Positions 1 through 9,784 of a stretch of DNA of 55,643 nucleotides are shown here, one piece after another. Source of the DNA: a virus (lineage: Duplodnaviria; Caudoviricetes); IMG/VR virus record IMGVR_UViG_3300032331_001807, positions 1-55,643 of that record; one strand, given 5' to 3'. Within the stretch, counting starts at the first letter, position 1, and each line of letters begins with the position of its first letter. The notes below the pieces were generated by a model that searched no databases, was not told where the DNA came from, and saw nothing but the letters and a program-made list of their open reading frames with translations. A program made the position numbers and the translations under genes.

Positions 1-369
1 CTCGCCCAAGGCCACGCCCTTCCCGGTCAGTAGGTCGCAGTCCACCAAGTCGTAGGACCGCAGGTGCTCACGGGCACCCTTGAGCCCCGCCGCCGTCGCC
101 GGGAACTGGTTGCCCCACGAGAGTTCTCGCCCTCGCTGGGCGACGCACCGAACGACGGCCTCGTAGGTGAGGTGGTCCACGTCGGACTCCCACTTCGTCC
201 GCAGGACGGCGGAACGGACGAAGCCCCCGTTGAAGCTGGAGTCGATCCACAGCAGCCCCTTGTTCGACGTGACGAGGTACGGAGCCGTGTCGGGGTGGAC
301 AGGTAGCTCCACGAACAGCGGGACACCCTTGCCGGGAGCCGGGACGGAGACGACATGAAGGAGGCTCAC
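1..369 (-). CDS. hypothetical protein, runs off the window edge (3' partial)
   Basis: Read manually: GTG at 369 overlaps the stop of 366..896 (GTGA); frame MSLLHVVSVPAPGKGVPLFVELPVHP... is open to position 1 with typical GC3-rich codons. Confidence 0.7.
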   Translation of the reverse strand, partial: MSLLHVVSVPAPGKGVPLFVELPVHPDTAPYLVTSNKGLLWIDSSFNGGFVRSAVLRTKWESDVDHLTYEAVVRCVAQRGRELSWGNQFPATAAGLKGAREHLRSYDLVDCDLLTGKGVALGE

Positions 370-896
370 GACACGGCTCCGAACGTGAGGTTGTAGATGA
401 CGGCGCGGTGGCCCGTGAACGGACCTACGGCGGGGGTGATGACGGCCCCCTCCCCGGTGAAGTAGATGATGTTGTAGGCGGGCTTGGGTGGTTCCGGCGC
501 TTCGGGCTCCTCGATGGGCACCGGGGCCGTGTCATCGAGGGTCCACAACAGCGCCGCCACGTCGGGGTACTCGGCGGCGATGGTCGCCACGTCGGACGTA
601 CTCAAGAACTCCGCGAACTCGGCCTTCACGGACTCCTTGGTGGTGGCACACGCGAACTGCGGGCACTTGGCAGCACGCTCCAGACCCCCGTGCCGTTCGT
701 CGCACGGCACGAAGTCCCCGTCGGAATCCTCCATCACGGTGCAGAACCGCACCTCGGACCCCATCACCGGGAGCTTCACGCGGCGGTTGTTCTCGCAGTT
801 CTCGGGGCGACGAGAGAGGGCCGTGCGAATCTCCCGCTGGAGGTGGCGGTAGGTCACCTGCTGGAGCTTGTGCCGTACCTGCCCTTCGGTCTTCAT
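366..896 (-). CDS. hypothetical Cys-containing protein
   Basis: 176-aa ORF translationally coupled (ATGA) to the upstream SbcC C-half. Confidence 0.75.
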   Translation of the reverse strand: MKTEGQVRHKLQQVTYRHLQREIRTALSRRPENCENNRRVKLPVMGSEVRFCTVMEDSDGDFVPCDERHGGLERAAKCPQFACATTKESVKAEFAEFLSTSDVATIAAEYPDVAALLWTLDDTAPVPIEEPEAPEPPKPAYNIIYFTGEGAVITPAVGPFTGHRAVIYNLTFGAVS

Positions 897-1528
897 TGCG
901 TGATCCTCTGGAACGTGCAGAACCCTCTGTCCCGCCGGATACGGTACGCACGGTCCCCGGCGTCTACGAGGGCGGGGTTGTGCGTCACGAGCAGGATGTC
1001 CACGCCCATGCGCTTGCAGAGCACCTTCAGAAACGACGCCATGTTGTGAACGTAGCGGTCGTCGAAGGCAGGGAGCGTCTCGTCGAGGAACAGCACGGGG
1101 CGAAGGCCGCGCCGGAAGATGATGGCCAGCCGTAGCAGGATGCCCTGCACGGTGCTGACCGCCCCGCCGAACCCGTCGAGGGCCATTCCCTCGATCACGT
1201 CGCCGTTCTCCTTGCGCTGGGTGGTGACGAGGTTGACGTTCACCTTGCCCCTCGACACCTCCACGTCGGCCCGCACCGTGAGTTCTTGGTCGTTGAACAC
1301 GGCGCGCACCCCTTCGGTCTGGAGCGACTCAATTGCTCTTACACCTTCGGTGATCTCTCCGTCGATGAGGGTACGGAGGATCACTTCGACGTGGTCGAGC
1401 AACTGCGAGTCGTCCTCGATGCGGGAGACCGAGGCACGGGCATCACGGAGCGATGCCCGCACCCCTTCCCGACGACCTTGGACGAGACGGAGCGACGAGA
1501 CGAGGGATTTTAGGCGTTCTTCAGCCAT
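893..1528 (-). CDS. SbcC/Rad50-like ABC ATPase, C-terminal half
   Basis: Coiled coil, then degenerate signature (FGGA), Walker B (VLFLDE) and H-switch (LLVTHN); no Walker A. Confidence 0.85.
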   Translation of the reverse strand: MAEERLKSLVSSLRLVQGRREGVRASLRDARASVSRIEDDSQLLDHVEVILRTLIDGEITEGVRAIESLQTEGVRAVFNDQELTVRADVEVSRGKVNVNLVTTQRKENGDVIEGMALDGFGGAVSTVQGILLRLAIIFRRGLRPVLFLDETLPAFDDRYVHNMASFLKVLCKRMGVDILLVTHNPALVDAGDRAYRIRRDRGFCTFQRITQ

Positions 1529-2625
1529 GCGACCGTGGTGAGGTAGGTGTCCCCGTTACGGTCGTCACGGAGGCGGACCCACCCGCCAGCACCCTTCCTC
1601 GACACACCAAGGCTGACCTTGGTGTTGCCGTTCCCGTTGAGGATCTTGGAAAGGTAGGCGTCCGTGACGGCGAACGTCGGCATCTCCGTTACGCCCCCCT
1701 CCTTCTGGTGGAACTCCACGATGGGGATCGTGAGGGGCAGGGGCTTGCCGCTGACCGCGACCATCGAGAGGTGGAGGTTGTTGCCGTCCCGGGTGAAGCG
1801 CACCTTGGGCTCGTCGGTGCGGGCTCCCGACTGGAGGAACTTGACGCCGTCGAGGAGCTCCTCTTGGAAGAGGTCCCACGTCTGGTCGTCCTCCAGCGTC
1901 CAGTCCACCGTGATGTCGGGGAACCTGTGAGCGTACAGGGCCTCACCGAACACCGCCCCGTCCTTGCGACGGAGGAAGCTCGCCCGGTCGGACTCCAGAA
2001 CTTCCACGTCGTCGCCCTTGGCCGTGGCGAGGAACGACAGGACGTTGGGGAGGTCTTTCACGAACACGCGGAGGTTGGACTTCTCCATCCCCGGCACCTT
2101 CACGAAGCTCACCGCCATCTGGTCGGTCGAGAAGAGCACGCCGCCCCGGAACTCGGCCACGCACAGGCTCGGGTTCTTGGACTCTTGGTCGTAGATGAAC
2201 TGCTTGGCGTGCGAGAGCGCCCCGTGGAGGCGGTCGGACAGGATCTTCGCTGTCAGCGTCGCGCCACCCAGCACGTCATCCCAGTACGGGAACAGGGACG
2301 GGTCGAGGGACGAGAAGGTCATCTTCCCACGGGGGGCGGCGAACACCACCTCGGTGTCCGAGACGGACACGTTGAGGGCTTGGTTGTCGCCCACGCTGTC
2401 GAGCAGGACGTGGATGCGCCGCGCCTCGACGGTGAACGTGAGGTCCTCCTCCGTCTTGGTGTGCGGCACGAGGCACGACGAGAACGTCCGCCCGTCGTAG
2501 GAGAGCACCTCCAGACCGCTCTCCCGCGAGCGGAAAACATAGTGGGACGAGATGTCGCTGGAGGAACCCACGGTGGTGCGGACCACCTTGAGCGCGTTGT
2601 TGAGGTCGGTGCTGTTGAGGTTCAC
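1510..2625 (-). CDS. dnaN: DNA polymerase III beta-type sliding clamp
   Basis: 371 aa, DnaN-like size and pattern (DLNNALKVV, SYDGR, TD motifs, FP turns between three domains); replication context. Confidence 0.75.
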   Translation of the reverse strand: MNLNSTDLNNALKVVRTTVGSSSDISSHYVFRSRESGLEVLSYDGRTFSSCLVPHTKTEEDLTFTVEARRIHVLLDSVGDNQALNVSVSDTEVVFAAPRGKMTFSSLDPSLFPYWDDVLGGATLTAKILSDRLHGALSHAKQFIYDQESKNPSLCVAEFRGGVLFSTDQMAVSFVKVPGMEKSNLRVFVKDLPNVLSFLATAKGDDVEVLESDRASFLRRKDGAVFGEALYAHRFPDITVDWTLEDDQTWDLFQEELLDGVKFLQSGARTDEPKVRFTRDGNNLHLSMVAVSGKPLPLTIPIVEFHQKEGGVTEMPTFAVTDAYLSKILNGNGNTKVSLGVSRKGAGGWVRLRDDRNGDTYLTTVAWLKNA

Positions 2626-2629
2626 GGAG

Positions 2630-2908
2630 TCACTTCCTGTTGGTGAAGGGTTCTAGGGCCTTCTCGGCCTCGGTTAGCTTGGACTCCAAGCTCGCGACAG
2701 ACTGCTCCAGAGACGTGCCCAGCTTGGCGAGCACCTCGTCGAGCTTGTCGGGGTCGATGTTCTTCGCCCGACACTTCGCCCGGAGCTCTTCCAGCGAGCG
2801 TTCAGCTTCCTCCAAACGAATGATGAGGCGCTGGCGCTTCGCCGCGAGGTCATCCCGCCGCTTGACCGCGAGGTCAAGACGGGCCTTCAAGTCAGTCTGG
2901 TTGGTCAT
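2630..2908 (-). CDS. small coiled-coil protein
   Basis: 92 aa, heptad-rich, inside the operon. Confidence 0.75.
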   Translation of the reverse strand: MTNQTDLKARLDLAVKRRDDLAAKRQRLIIRLEEAERSLEELRAKCRAKNIDPDKLDEVLAKLGTSLEQSVASLESKLTEAEKALEPFTNRK

Positions 2909-3876
2909 GGCTTGGTGGTGCCCTTTACGCCCGCACCGAACCCGAACTCCACGATCCCGTCCGACGTGGAAATGGTGTGCTCCACCGTGCCCTCCACCAC
3001 CACGGGCAGGGACTTGGACTTGCGTGGCGTCGGTTGATGCGCCGCGTCACACACCGTCTTGTAGTCGCAGAACTTGCACGCCTTGGCCGACGGCGACGGG
3101 TCGAAGAGCTCCTTCTGAAGAGATCGAACGGTCTCCTTGGCCCGGACGCCCAGCGTCTTGAGGTCTTCTCGTGTGAACGGCACCTCCACCAGCCCCGTCC
3201 ACGGGGTGCCCTCGGGATGGTCCTTCGGTGGCGTCCCCTCGGGGTACCGAAAGTACACGAAGGCGAGGCGGTTGGGCAGGGTGTTGTACGCGAGGTAGAA
3301 ACAGAGCGCGTACCACCGAAGCTGGTCGGGGTTGGTGTACTTGCCGGGGGTGAGAGAGTTCTTGCCGTCGAGGATGGTGATCCCTGTGTCCTCGCGGCGC
3401 ACGATCACGTCGGGACGCCCGCCCACGGGCGTGTACTGGTCCACCCATGCGGTCAGGTCCACCTCGCTCTTGGCGTAGGGACCCAAGAGCCTGTTGGCCT
3501 TCATCGTCTTGAGGTAGCCCGTCACCCCCTTCAAGCACACGTCCAGCATTTCCGACTTGGGCGGGGCCTCGTTCCAATCGATGTAGTTCTCGTTGAGGGC
3601 GAAGGTGAACTCGCGGGTCACGAGGTCGATGAGCCGCTGGACGAGAAGCTCGGCCTCGCGCCAGAGCTCGTCGTTGTAAAGGTGCTCGATGGCTCGGGCA
3701 AGGACGATGCCCATCACCGCGTGGTGCTTGCTGTCCTTCTCGGGCTTGGCCTTGGATCGCCCCGGACCGCGCCCAAGGTCGATGGTCCCGTGCCCGTGCC
3801 CCCAGAGAAAAGACCGGGGGCAGAGCTCGTACTGCTCCAGCGAACTCCAGTAAAGGTGGCGTTGAGTCACGGGCAA
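2905..3876 (-). CDS. PD-(D/E)XK exonuclease, Cas4/RecB/AddB-like, probable Fe-S cluster
   Basis: CPR near the N-terminus, GRPD...ILDGK, QLRWY and C-terminal CKFCDYKTVC. Confidence 0.85.
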   Translation of the reverse strand: MPVTQRHLYWSSLEQYELCPRSFLWGHGHGTIDLGRGPGRSKAKPEKDSKHHAVMGIVLARAIEHLYNDELWREAELLVQRLIDLVTREFTFALNENYIDWNEAPPKSEMLDVCLKGVTGYLKTMKANRLLGPYAKSEVDLTAWVDQYTPVGGRPDVIVRREDTGITILDGKNSLTPGKYTNPDQLRWYALCFYLAYNTLPNRLAFVYFRYPEGTPPKDHPEGTPWTGLVEVPFTREDLKTLGVRAKETVRSLQKELFDPSPSAKACKFCDYKTVCDAAHQPTPRKSKSLPVVVEGTVEHTISTSDGIVEFGFGAGVKGTTKP

Positions 3877-3878
3877 CT

Positions 3879-4856
3879 CTACCGCCCGCCTGCCCTCTCG
3901 ATGTAGTCGATGGCCCGCTCACGCACGGAGTCGGGCACCCCGGGGATGTCTCTCACGGCGTCGGTGAGGGACTTCTGGGCGGACGGGGCGAAGGTCTGCG
4001 ACAGGTGCTCGACGAACTCCTCGATCATCGTCTGCTGGAGCTCTTCCTTGTCCCGCTTCAAGAGGTCGAACACCTCGCTGGCCGGGGCGTGAGGGACGGA
4101 GAGTTTCTCGATGGTGAGCCCGCTGGTGTCGAAGCGCAGCACCGCCACGGAGGGAACCCGGTCGAGGGAGTCTTGGGAGAGCGCCCCTCGGGTGAGGCTC
4201 CCGATGTTGACCACGGGCTTCCCACCGGGAGTGTGTTCGATCCCTTGGTCCTTGTGCCAGTGACCGAACGCCCACGCATCTACAACGGAGTACTGGTCGA
4301 GGGTGTCATAGCGAATCACGTCCTCGGCGTCGAACATGGTAGATTGTGTCGGGCTGGCGAGGAGGTGGCCCACCACCATGAGGTAGTCCTCGTCGCCACG
4401 GGTGATCCGGGCGAGGCGGTCGAGCTCGTACTTCACCCCGTGGTACGGGACGCCCACCACCCGCACCTTGACACCGGGGAGGGTGAACACGGCCTCGTGC
4501 TCGTCGTACAGGCGTCGAAACGTCCCGGCCTCGTACAGCACCCCCAGCGGTTGCTGCGGAAGGTAACTGTAGTCCCCGTACACGCAGTCATGGTTGCCCA
4601 CGTTCGCGAACACCGGGCACGGGTAGTCCCGGTGAACCTCGATGGCCCGACGAATGAGGGCGTGAGAGTTCCGGCCCGGAGCCTTGATGTCGAAGAAGTC
4701 CCCACCGTCGATCACGGCGGCGGCACCCACGTCACGGGCGATCTTGCCGATGGCGGTGAGCTTGCGAAGAACCGTGTCGGTCCAGTTGTCGGTGCGGGAG
4801 CGGGGCGTGTGGTCCGACAGGTGAACGTCGGTCCGCCAGACGAGAGTGACGGGCAT
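3879..4856 (-). CDS. sbcD: SbcD/Mre11-like metallophosphoesterase nuclease
   Basis: DVH, GGDFFD, GNHD and GHWH motifs; next to the SbcC halves. Confidence 0.85.
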   Translation of the reverse strand: MPVTLVWRTDVHLSDHTPRSRTDNWTDTVLRKLTAIGKIARDVGAAAVIDGGDFFDIKAPGRNSHALIRRAIEVHRDYPCPVFANVGNHDCVYGDYSYLPQQPLGVLYEAGTFRRLYDEHEAVFTLPGVKVRVVGVPYHGVKYELDRLARITRGDEDYLMVVGHLLASPTQSTMFDAEDVIRYDTLDQYSVVDAWAFGHWHKDQGIEHTPGGKPVVNIGSLTRGALSQDSLDRVPSVAVLRFDTSGLTIEKLSVPHAPASEVFDLLKRDKEELQQTMIEEFVEHLSQTFAPSAQKSLTDAVRDIPGVPDSVRERAIDYIERAGGR

Positions 4857-4887
4857 GGTGGACGTTACGCCCACGTCACCCGTTCAC

Positions 4888-5388
4888 TCACGCCACGAAG
4901 CGTTCAAGGTTGTCCAGAACGAAGTCTTGGTGGAAGAGGACGGCCCTGCTGAAGCTCTTGATGTCCTCGGCGTACCGCTTGAAGTCAGCGCCTTGGGTCG
5001 GACCTTCCGCCTTGTTGAGTCGTTCCGCCTTGTCGGCCTCGGACAGGATGGCCCCGAAGTACTTCTCGACGACGCCCTTGGGATTGCCCCTCCCAGCGAG
5101 GAGCGCCTTGCGAAGCGCGGCCCCGCCCCCCTCAAGGTCGATGAAGGTGGGCATCACGTCGGCCCCGCCTTTCTTGCCCAAGTAGGCGTCGAGGATCTTC
5201 ACGACCTTCGCGCCACGTTGGAGGACATCTGAATCCCGGTCGCCCGTGCTGGTGAACTCGTCGAGAAGCTCACCAAGCTCCGGGCTCACGCCCGCCGTGC
5301 GAGCGCCCAGAAGAGGCAGGAGATGCGGTCGGAGGTCGGGCTGCTGATACGCGAGCCGGATGACCTTGGAGCGAAGGGTGTTGGACAT
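4888..5388 (-). CDS. putative virion internal protein with shared leader
   Basis: Starts MSNTLRSKVIRLAYQQPDLRPHLLPLLGARTA. Confidence 0.75.
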   Translation of the reverse strand: MSNTLRSKVIRLAYQQPDLRPHLLPLLGARTAGVSPELGELLDEFTSTGDRDSDVLQRGAKVVKILDAYLGKKGGADVMPTFIDLEGGGAALRKALLAGRGNPKGVVEKYFGAILSEADKAERLNKAEGPTQGADFKRYAEDIKSFSRAVLFHQDFVLDNLERFVA

Positions 5389-5400
5389 GACTGTATCCGT

Positions 5401-6003
5401 TCAGCGAACGGCACCCTTGAGGTCGGGGTAGTTCTTGGTGAGGAAGTCGATGGCGCTGCGGGCCGAGCGGGTCATGTACAGCCCCGCCCCGATGCTCGCC
5501 ATGTGGGACTTGAGAGCCGTCTCGGCGTAGGGCTTGTCCTCGGGCTTGAGGTGGTAGCTCTGGACGAGAGTGTCCAGCACCCACGGGATGCTGTCGGTCG
5601 GGGCTTGGCCCGTGAGCCAGCTACGAACGGCGATCCCACTGGCGTAGGCGTCGGCCTCAAACTGTGCCCGTGCCACCGAGTCCGTGAGGTAGAACCACGC
5701 GAACTCGACGTTGGTGTCGATGAACTGGAGGACGTGCTCGTTCTCGTGGGTGACCACCTCGCAGAGCGAGAGCGGGTTCTCACGGATCGACTTGGGCAGG
5801 TAGATGGTCTTGGCGAGGGTGGTGGCGAAGCGGGTCATGAAGTCGGCCCCGCCCGGGAGCCCACTGGAGAAGTTCGACCCGATGTCCATGCCGAAGGACA
5901 CGGCCTTCATGAGGGTCGAGTCCTCTTTGTTCTCGACGGTCGAGCCGTACTCGACCGAGAGGTGCTCTTGGAGCTTCTTGGCGACGATGGCGAGGTCGGT
6001 CAT
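5401..6003 (-). CDS. putative zinc metallopeptidase (HExxH)
   Basis: VVTHENEHVLQF with a downstream FEADAY glutamate. Confidence 0.6.
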   Translation of the reverse strand: MTDLAIVAKKLQEHLSVEYGSTVENKEDSTLMKAVSFGMDIGSNFSSGLPGGADFMTRFATTLAKTIYLPKSIRENPLSLCEVVTHENEHVLQFIDTNVEFAWFYLTDSVARAQFEADAYASGIAVRSWLTGQAPTDSIPWVLDTLVQSYHLKPEDKPYAETALKSHMASIGAGLYMTRSARSAIDFLTKNYPDLKGAVR

Positions 6004-6005
6004 GG

Positions 6006-6281
6006 TCAGTTACCTCCCGAGGTGGTGGGGGCGCAGCGGTCTTGGGGGAGGCAGGCATGGACGCCCGTCGCCGGGTCGAGGCAGCACATGCCGCCCGAGG
6101 CCGAACAGCTACCGACGGTCCCGACGGGACGCCAGAGGTTGCCGCCGCAGACGTAGGGATGGCCGTTGAGGCACGTCGAAGTGCCGTTGACGCACGACCC
6201 GGATTGAGGAGTGACGGTCCCGGTCTGTTGGCAGGGACGGCAGGACATGACGAACAAGACGAGCGGGAGCAGCCTCTTCAT
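6006..6281 (-). CDS. small Cys-rich secreted/lipoprotein
   Basis: MKRLLPLVLFVMSC signal/lipobox-like start, followed by about 9 more Cys. Confidence 0.6.
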   Translation of the reverse strand: MKRLLPLVLFVMSCRPCQQTGTVTPQSGSCVNGTSTCLNGHPYVCGGNLWRPVGTVGSCSASGGMCCLDPATGVHACLPQDRCAPTTSGGN

Positions 6282-6292
6282 GCGACCACCTT

Positions 6293-7489
6293 TCAAGCAT
6301 GGCCGCAGATAGGGCAACTACCAGCATCCCCGAGGATCTCCTGCACCTCATGGACGGCTTTCTCGTACTCCTCCGTGGTGCGATGAAGCTCGCGGGTGGT
6401 CTCCGAGAAGGACTTGGCCCGGGAGGCGAGGGCCTCCTGCAACGCTTGGTAGTCGGCCAGCCCCGCGATCCCCTTGGCGATGGCCTCCGGGTCGGGGAGA
6501 GGGACCGCCACGGCGGCACGAAGACCCTCCCCGTGCTCGACCGCCGCCGCGAACGGTTCCATCCTGTCGCGGAGGTCGGTGAGGAGGGCGATGGCGTCTG
6601 ACACCTTGCGGACGCGGGTGGCGTCGGCTTCGTCGGGGACCGTGATGCCAGCCACGGGGGCGAGAACTTCGATGACCCGGGTGACCTCCCCGAGCTTGGC
6701 TTGGAGCTCCCGAGCCTCGTCGAGCGCGGCGAGCCCCGTGCGGATGTCCGCCACCCCGTCGGGCACCCCCACGTCCCGAACGGGACGGAGGTTGGATGCG
6801 GTCAGAGACAGGGAGAGGTGCGCGTCGTGGAGGGCACGGGTCTCGTCGTCTTGGCGACGGAGGTCGGCCACGAGGGCGTCGAGGGCTTCGGCCTCTTGGG
6901 CGAGAGCCTCTACGTCGTCCAGCCCCGCATAGCTGGCATCCTGTGCCTCGTACCGGGCCACGTCTCCGAGGCGGACCTTGAGCTCCGAGGCCAGCGTGCG
7001 CTTGTCGCTCTGGGTGTTCCGCAGGGCCTCGTTGAGCACCCCCACCCGCGTCACGTCGGCTACGGACTCCGCGAGAACGGAACCCGGTTGATCGAGGAGG
7101 AACACCTGCCCGGTGAACTGCTGGGCGAACTGGGGCCACACCTCCCGGCCAGCGGCGGTGATCGGGACCACCCCGAAGGACTCCACCTCCACGGGGACGC
7201 CCGAGCCCACCTTGTCCAGCACCTTGCCGTCCACGGTGTAGCGGTTGACCTTCTCGCCCTTCTCCCACGAGAGTGAGCGCCCGTCACCGAACGTCACGTC
7301 CACTCGGCACTGGTCCTTGCCGTAACGGACGTACTTGGTGCCCCGTGCGTTGGTGAACGCGCCGTGGACGGCCCGGAGCATGGCGCTCTTGCCCGTGTTG
7401 TTCTGGCCCGTGATGACGGTCAGACCCGAGACCTCGATCTCGGCATCCTCGATGGATTGGAAGTCCCGCACCCGGATCTTGACCGTCAT
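6293..7489 (-). CDS. SbcC/Rad50-like ABC ATPase, N-terminal half ending at the zinc hook
   Basis: RDFQSI, Walker A GQNNTGKS, Q-loop (FAQQF), long coiled coil, terminal CPICG. Confidence 0.85.
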   Translation of the reverse strand: MTVKIRVRDFQSIEDAEIEVSGLTVITGQNNTGKSAMLRAVHGAFTNARGTKYVRYGKDQCRVDVTFGDGRSLSWEKGEKVNRYTVDGKVLDKVGSGVPVEVESFGVVPITAAGREVWPQFAQQFTGQVFLLDQPGSVLAESVADVTRVGVLNEALRNTQSDKRTLASELKVRLGDVARYEAQDASYAGLDDVEALAQEAEALDALVADLRRQDDETRALHDAHLSLSLTASNLRPVRDVGVPDGVADIRTGLAALDEARELQAKLGEVTRVIEVLAPVAGITVPDEADATRVRKVSDAIALLTDLRDRMEPFAAAVEHGEGLRAAVAVPLPDPEAIAKGIAGLADYQALQEALASRAKSFSETTRELHRTTEEYEKAVHEVQEILGDAGSCPICGHA

Positions 7490-7501
7490 CACCCGCTCCT
7501 A

Positions 7502-8722
7502 TCAGTCTTCGCTCTCGACGGCGACAGGAGCCTTTACGCCGGGGACGGAAGAAAGGAGCTCGTCGAGCTCGCCGTCCGTGGTGTCACCCTCCTCGACGAC
7601 GGTGGCGGGGGGGACCTGCATGAGCTTGGGCGTCACCTGCGAGAAGAGGGTCTGGAGGTTCTTGGGGTCTTCGTTGATGGACTTGAGGAGGGCGTCCATG
7701 CCCTGCCCACGGACCTCACCCTTCGGACCCGTCGGCCACGAGTACCACGCCCCGGACTTGTTGATGATCTTGTGGTTGATCGCGAGCTCGACCACCGAGC
7801 GGGTGTTGTCGATGCCCACGCCCGACTTGAGGTAGAACTTGAACTCGTTGTTCACCGAGTCGCTGACCTTGCACTTGTCGAGCTTGAGCATGACGATGGT
7901 TCCCACCACCTTCTCCTCCAGCTTGTTCGTGAGCGGGTCGAACTGCTTGGCCTTCTCCTTCTGGTAGACCCGCAGCTTCATGCGGACGCTGGTGTAGAAC
8001 TTCCACGCATCGCCGCCTTGCGGGGCGCTGTCGGGACCACCGCTCATCGTGTTGATCGTCTTGCGAAGCTGCGAGATGGCGAGGATGGTGGTCTGCGACT
8101 TGGACATCATCGCCTTCACTTGAGGGAGGTACTCGGACCACTTTGAGGCGACGATGCCCACGCGCGTCTGGTCACCGATCTCCGACACCTCCCGGTTGAT
8201 CTGTGCTTCGGGCTTGCCTGCGCCCACGGAGTCGAGAACGATGAGGTCCACGCCCTCGTGGATCATCACGGCCATGATCTTCATCCCGTCCTCCAGCGTG
8301 TCGGGCTGGATGAGACTGAAGCGGGACTCGTCGGAGATGGGCACGCCGAGGGTGCTGGCGTAGCGGGGCTCCACCTCGTGCTCCCAGTCGATGTACGCAA
8401 CGGTGCCGCCCGCCGCACACACGCTGGCGGCGATGGTGAGAGCCAGCGTGGTCTTGCCCGCCGAGTTCTCTCCGTACAACTGGGTGATGCGGCCACGGGG
8501 GATGCCGGGGCACGGGGCGATCCCGTACTTGTTGATCTTCCCGCCGATGGCCCAGTCAACGATGATGCTTCCCGTGGGGATGTGCGGGGTGGACTGCTTG
8601 AGGAGGTCCTCGGAGAGCGGGACCGTGGGGTCTTCCTTGAGGACGGTCTTGATCGCGCCACGGGCGCGGGTGAGAGCGGATGTCTTGGCGGGGGAGGTTG
8701 CGGACTTCTTGGCTGCGGCCAT
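7502..8722 (-). CDS. recA: RecA/UvsX recombinase
   Basis: PTGS, GIPRGRITQLYGENSAGKTT, YIDWEH, IVLDSV, ISQLR, GGDAWKFY, GAWYS. Confidence 0.95.
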   Translation of the reverse strand: MAAAKKSATSPAKTSALTRARGAIKTVLKEDPTVPLSEDLLKQSTPHIPTGSIIVDWAIGGKINKYGIAPCPGIPRGRITQLYGENSAGKTTLALTIAASVCAAGGTVAYIDWEHEVEPRYASTLGVPISDESRFSLIQPDTLEDGMKIMAVMIHEGVDLIVLDSVGAGKPEAQINREVSEIGDQTRVGIVASKWSEYLPQVKAMMSKSQTTILAISQLRKTINTMSGGPDSAPQGGDAWKFYTSVRMKLRVYQKEKAKQFDPLTNKLEEKVVGTIVMLKLDKCKVSDSVNNEFKFYLKSGVGIDNTRSVVELAINHKIINKSGAWYSWPTGPKGEVRGQGMDALLKSINEDPKNLQTLFSQVTPKLMQVPPATVVEEGDTTDGELDELLSSVPGVKAPVAVESED

Positions 8723-8725
8723 GAG

Positions 8726-9073
8726 CTACTCCTTGGGTTGAGCGGGCGGTTGAGCGGGTTGAAACGAGAGCGTTACGCCCGCGTCGGCGGTCTCCCGCAA
8801 CCAATCTCGGAAGGCCAGCCAGTCACGGGTGTCGAAGTCCATCCCGAGCTTCCCGCCACGGATGCGGTGCTCGTCGTCGATCTCGTCGGCCAACTGACGG
8901 AGCATCTCGTTGGTGAACACCTCCCGGTACTGCTTGATGAGATCTTGGATCAGCCCCGGCATGTAGGTCATGCGTCCAAGGGAGTAGCGCAGGGTGCTGT
9001 GTAGGAGGATCAAAAGGTTATGGGGTTTCACGGGAACCAATCTGCGACCAGCGGAAGAACCTGTCCTCTTCAC
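8726..9073 (-). CDS. hypothetical protein (start uncertain)
   Basis: ORF filling the gap between ruvC and recA. Confidence 0.55.
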   Translation of the reverse strand: MKRTGSSAGRRLVPVKPHNLLILLHSTLRYSLGRMTYMPGLIQDLIKQYREVFTNEMLRQLADEIDDEHRIRGGKLGMDFDTRDWLAFRDWLRETADAGVTLSFQPAQPPAQPKE

Positions 9074-9677
9074 GGTAAATCAGCCCTTTCTTCTCGGTCT
9101 TCCCGGCCTTCTTGCCCCGGGAGTAGGTGTGGACTTCTGCGAACAGCTTACGCTCCTCGGCAGTGAGGTCGGTCTCTGGGAGGCTCCCGTCGAGGTAGGT
9201 CCAGAACCGCCCCGCTAGGCGACCCACCAAGTAGGCGTCAGCCTCGTTGTGGTTGACGTTCTTGCCGCCCCCGAGGTCGTGCTTCACCGCCGCGACCATG
9301 TCGGGCTTCAGCATCTTCCACTTGTCCGGGCGACCGAGGGACTCGCGGGCGTGCGCCTTCACTTGGAGCGGCGAGAAGAACACCACGTCCTTGCGCTCCA
9401 GCTTGAGGGCCTCGTTGGAGTACAGGAACAGCCCGTACATCCCCTCGCTGAACGTCCCGCCGAAGAACGGGCTCTCGATCCCCACCCGGTCGGGGCGCAG
9501 AGAAGTGATGAGCCCCCGCAGCGTGTCCCGCATGAACGTGTAGCGGTCCACGAAGGTCATGTCGGCGGGGGTTGAGTACCGCCCACGGTCAATGCACCGC
9601 GCCTTGCCCGTGGCCGAGGAGTCGTGCAGCGCCCAGCCGTAGTTGGTGAGGGAGGGGTCGAGGCCGAGGATCAGCAT
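9018..9677 (-). CDS. ruvC: RuvC-like Holliday junction resolvase
   Basis: ILGLDPSLTNYGW, VGIESPF, PLQVK, HNEADA. Confidence 0.9.
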   Translation of the reverse strand: MLILGLDPSLTNYGWALHDSSATGKARCIDRGRYSTPADMTFVDRYTFMRDTLRGLITSLRPDRVGIESPFFGGTFSEGMYGLFLYSNEALKLERKDVVFFSPLQVKAHARESLGRPDKWKMLKPDMVAAVKHDLGGGKNVNHNEADAYLVGRLAGRFWTYLDGSLPETDLTAEERKLFAEVHTYSRGKKAGKTEKKGLIYREEDRFFRWSQIGSRETP

Positions 9678-9697
9678 GGCGTCTCCTAGATAGGCGA

Positions 9698-9725
9698 AAG
9701 GCCCGGTGGCGAACCACCGAGCCTT
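9698..9725 (-). terminator. probable intrinsic terminator after the SSB gene
   Basis: Minus-strand hairpin AAGGCTCGGTGG-TTCG-CCACCGGGCCTT followed by TC; short U-tract. Confidence 0.6.
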
Positions 9726-9784
9726 CGTGCGTGATGAGGGTTTAGAGCGGTGCGCTGCCCGCTCGACGGGTCATCACCACCCGA

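Noticed and set aside
2905-3876. CRISPR-Cas system suggested by the Cas4-like nuclease
   Set aside because: No other cas genes and no repeat-spacer array; solo Cas4-like nucleases are common in phage recombination clusters
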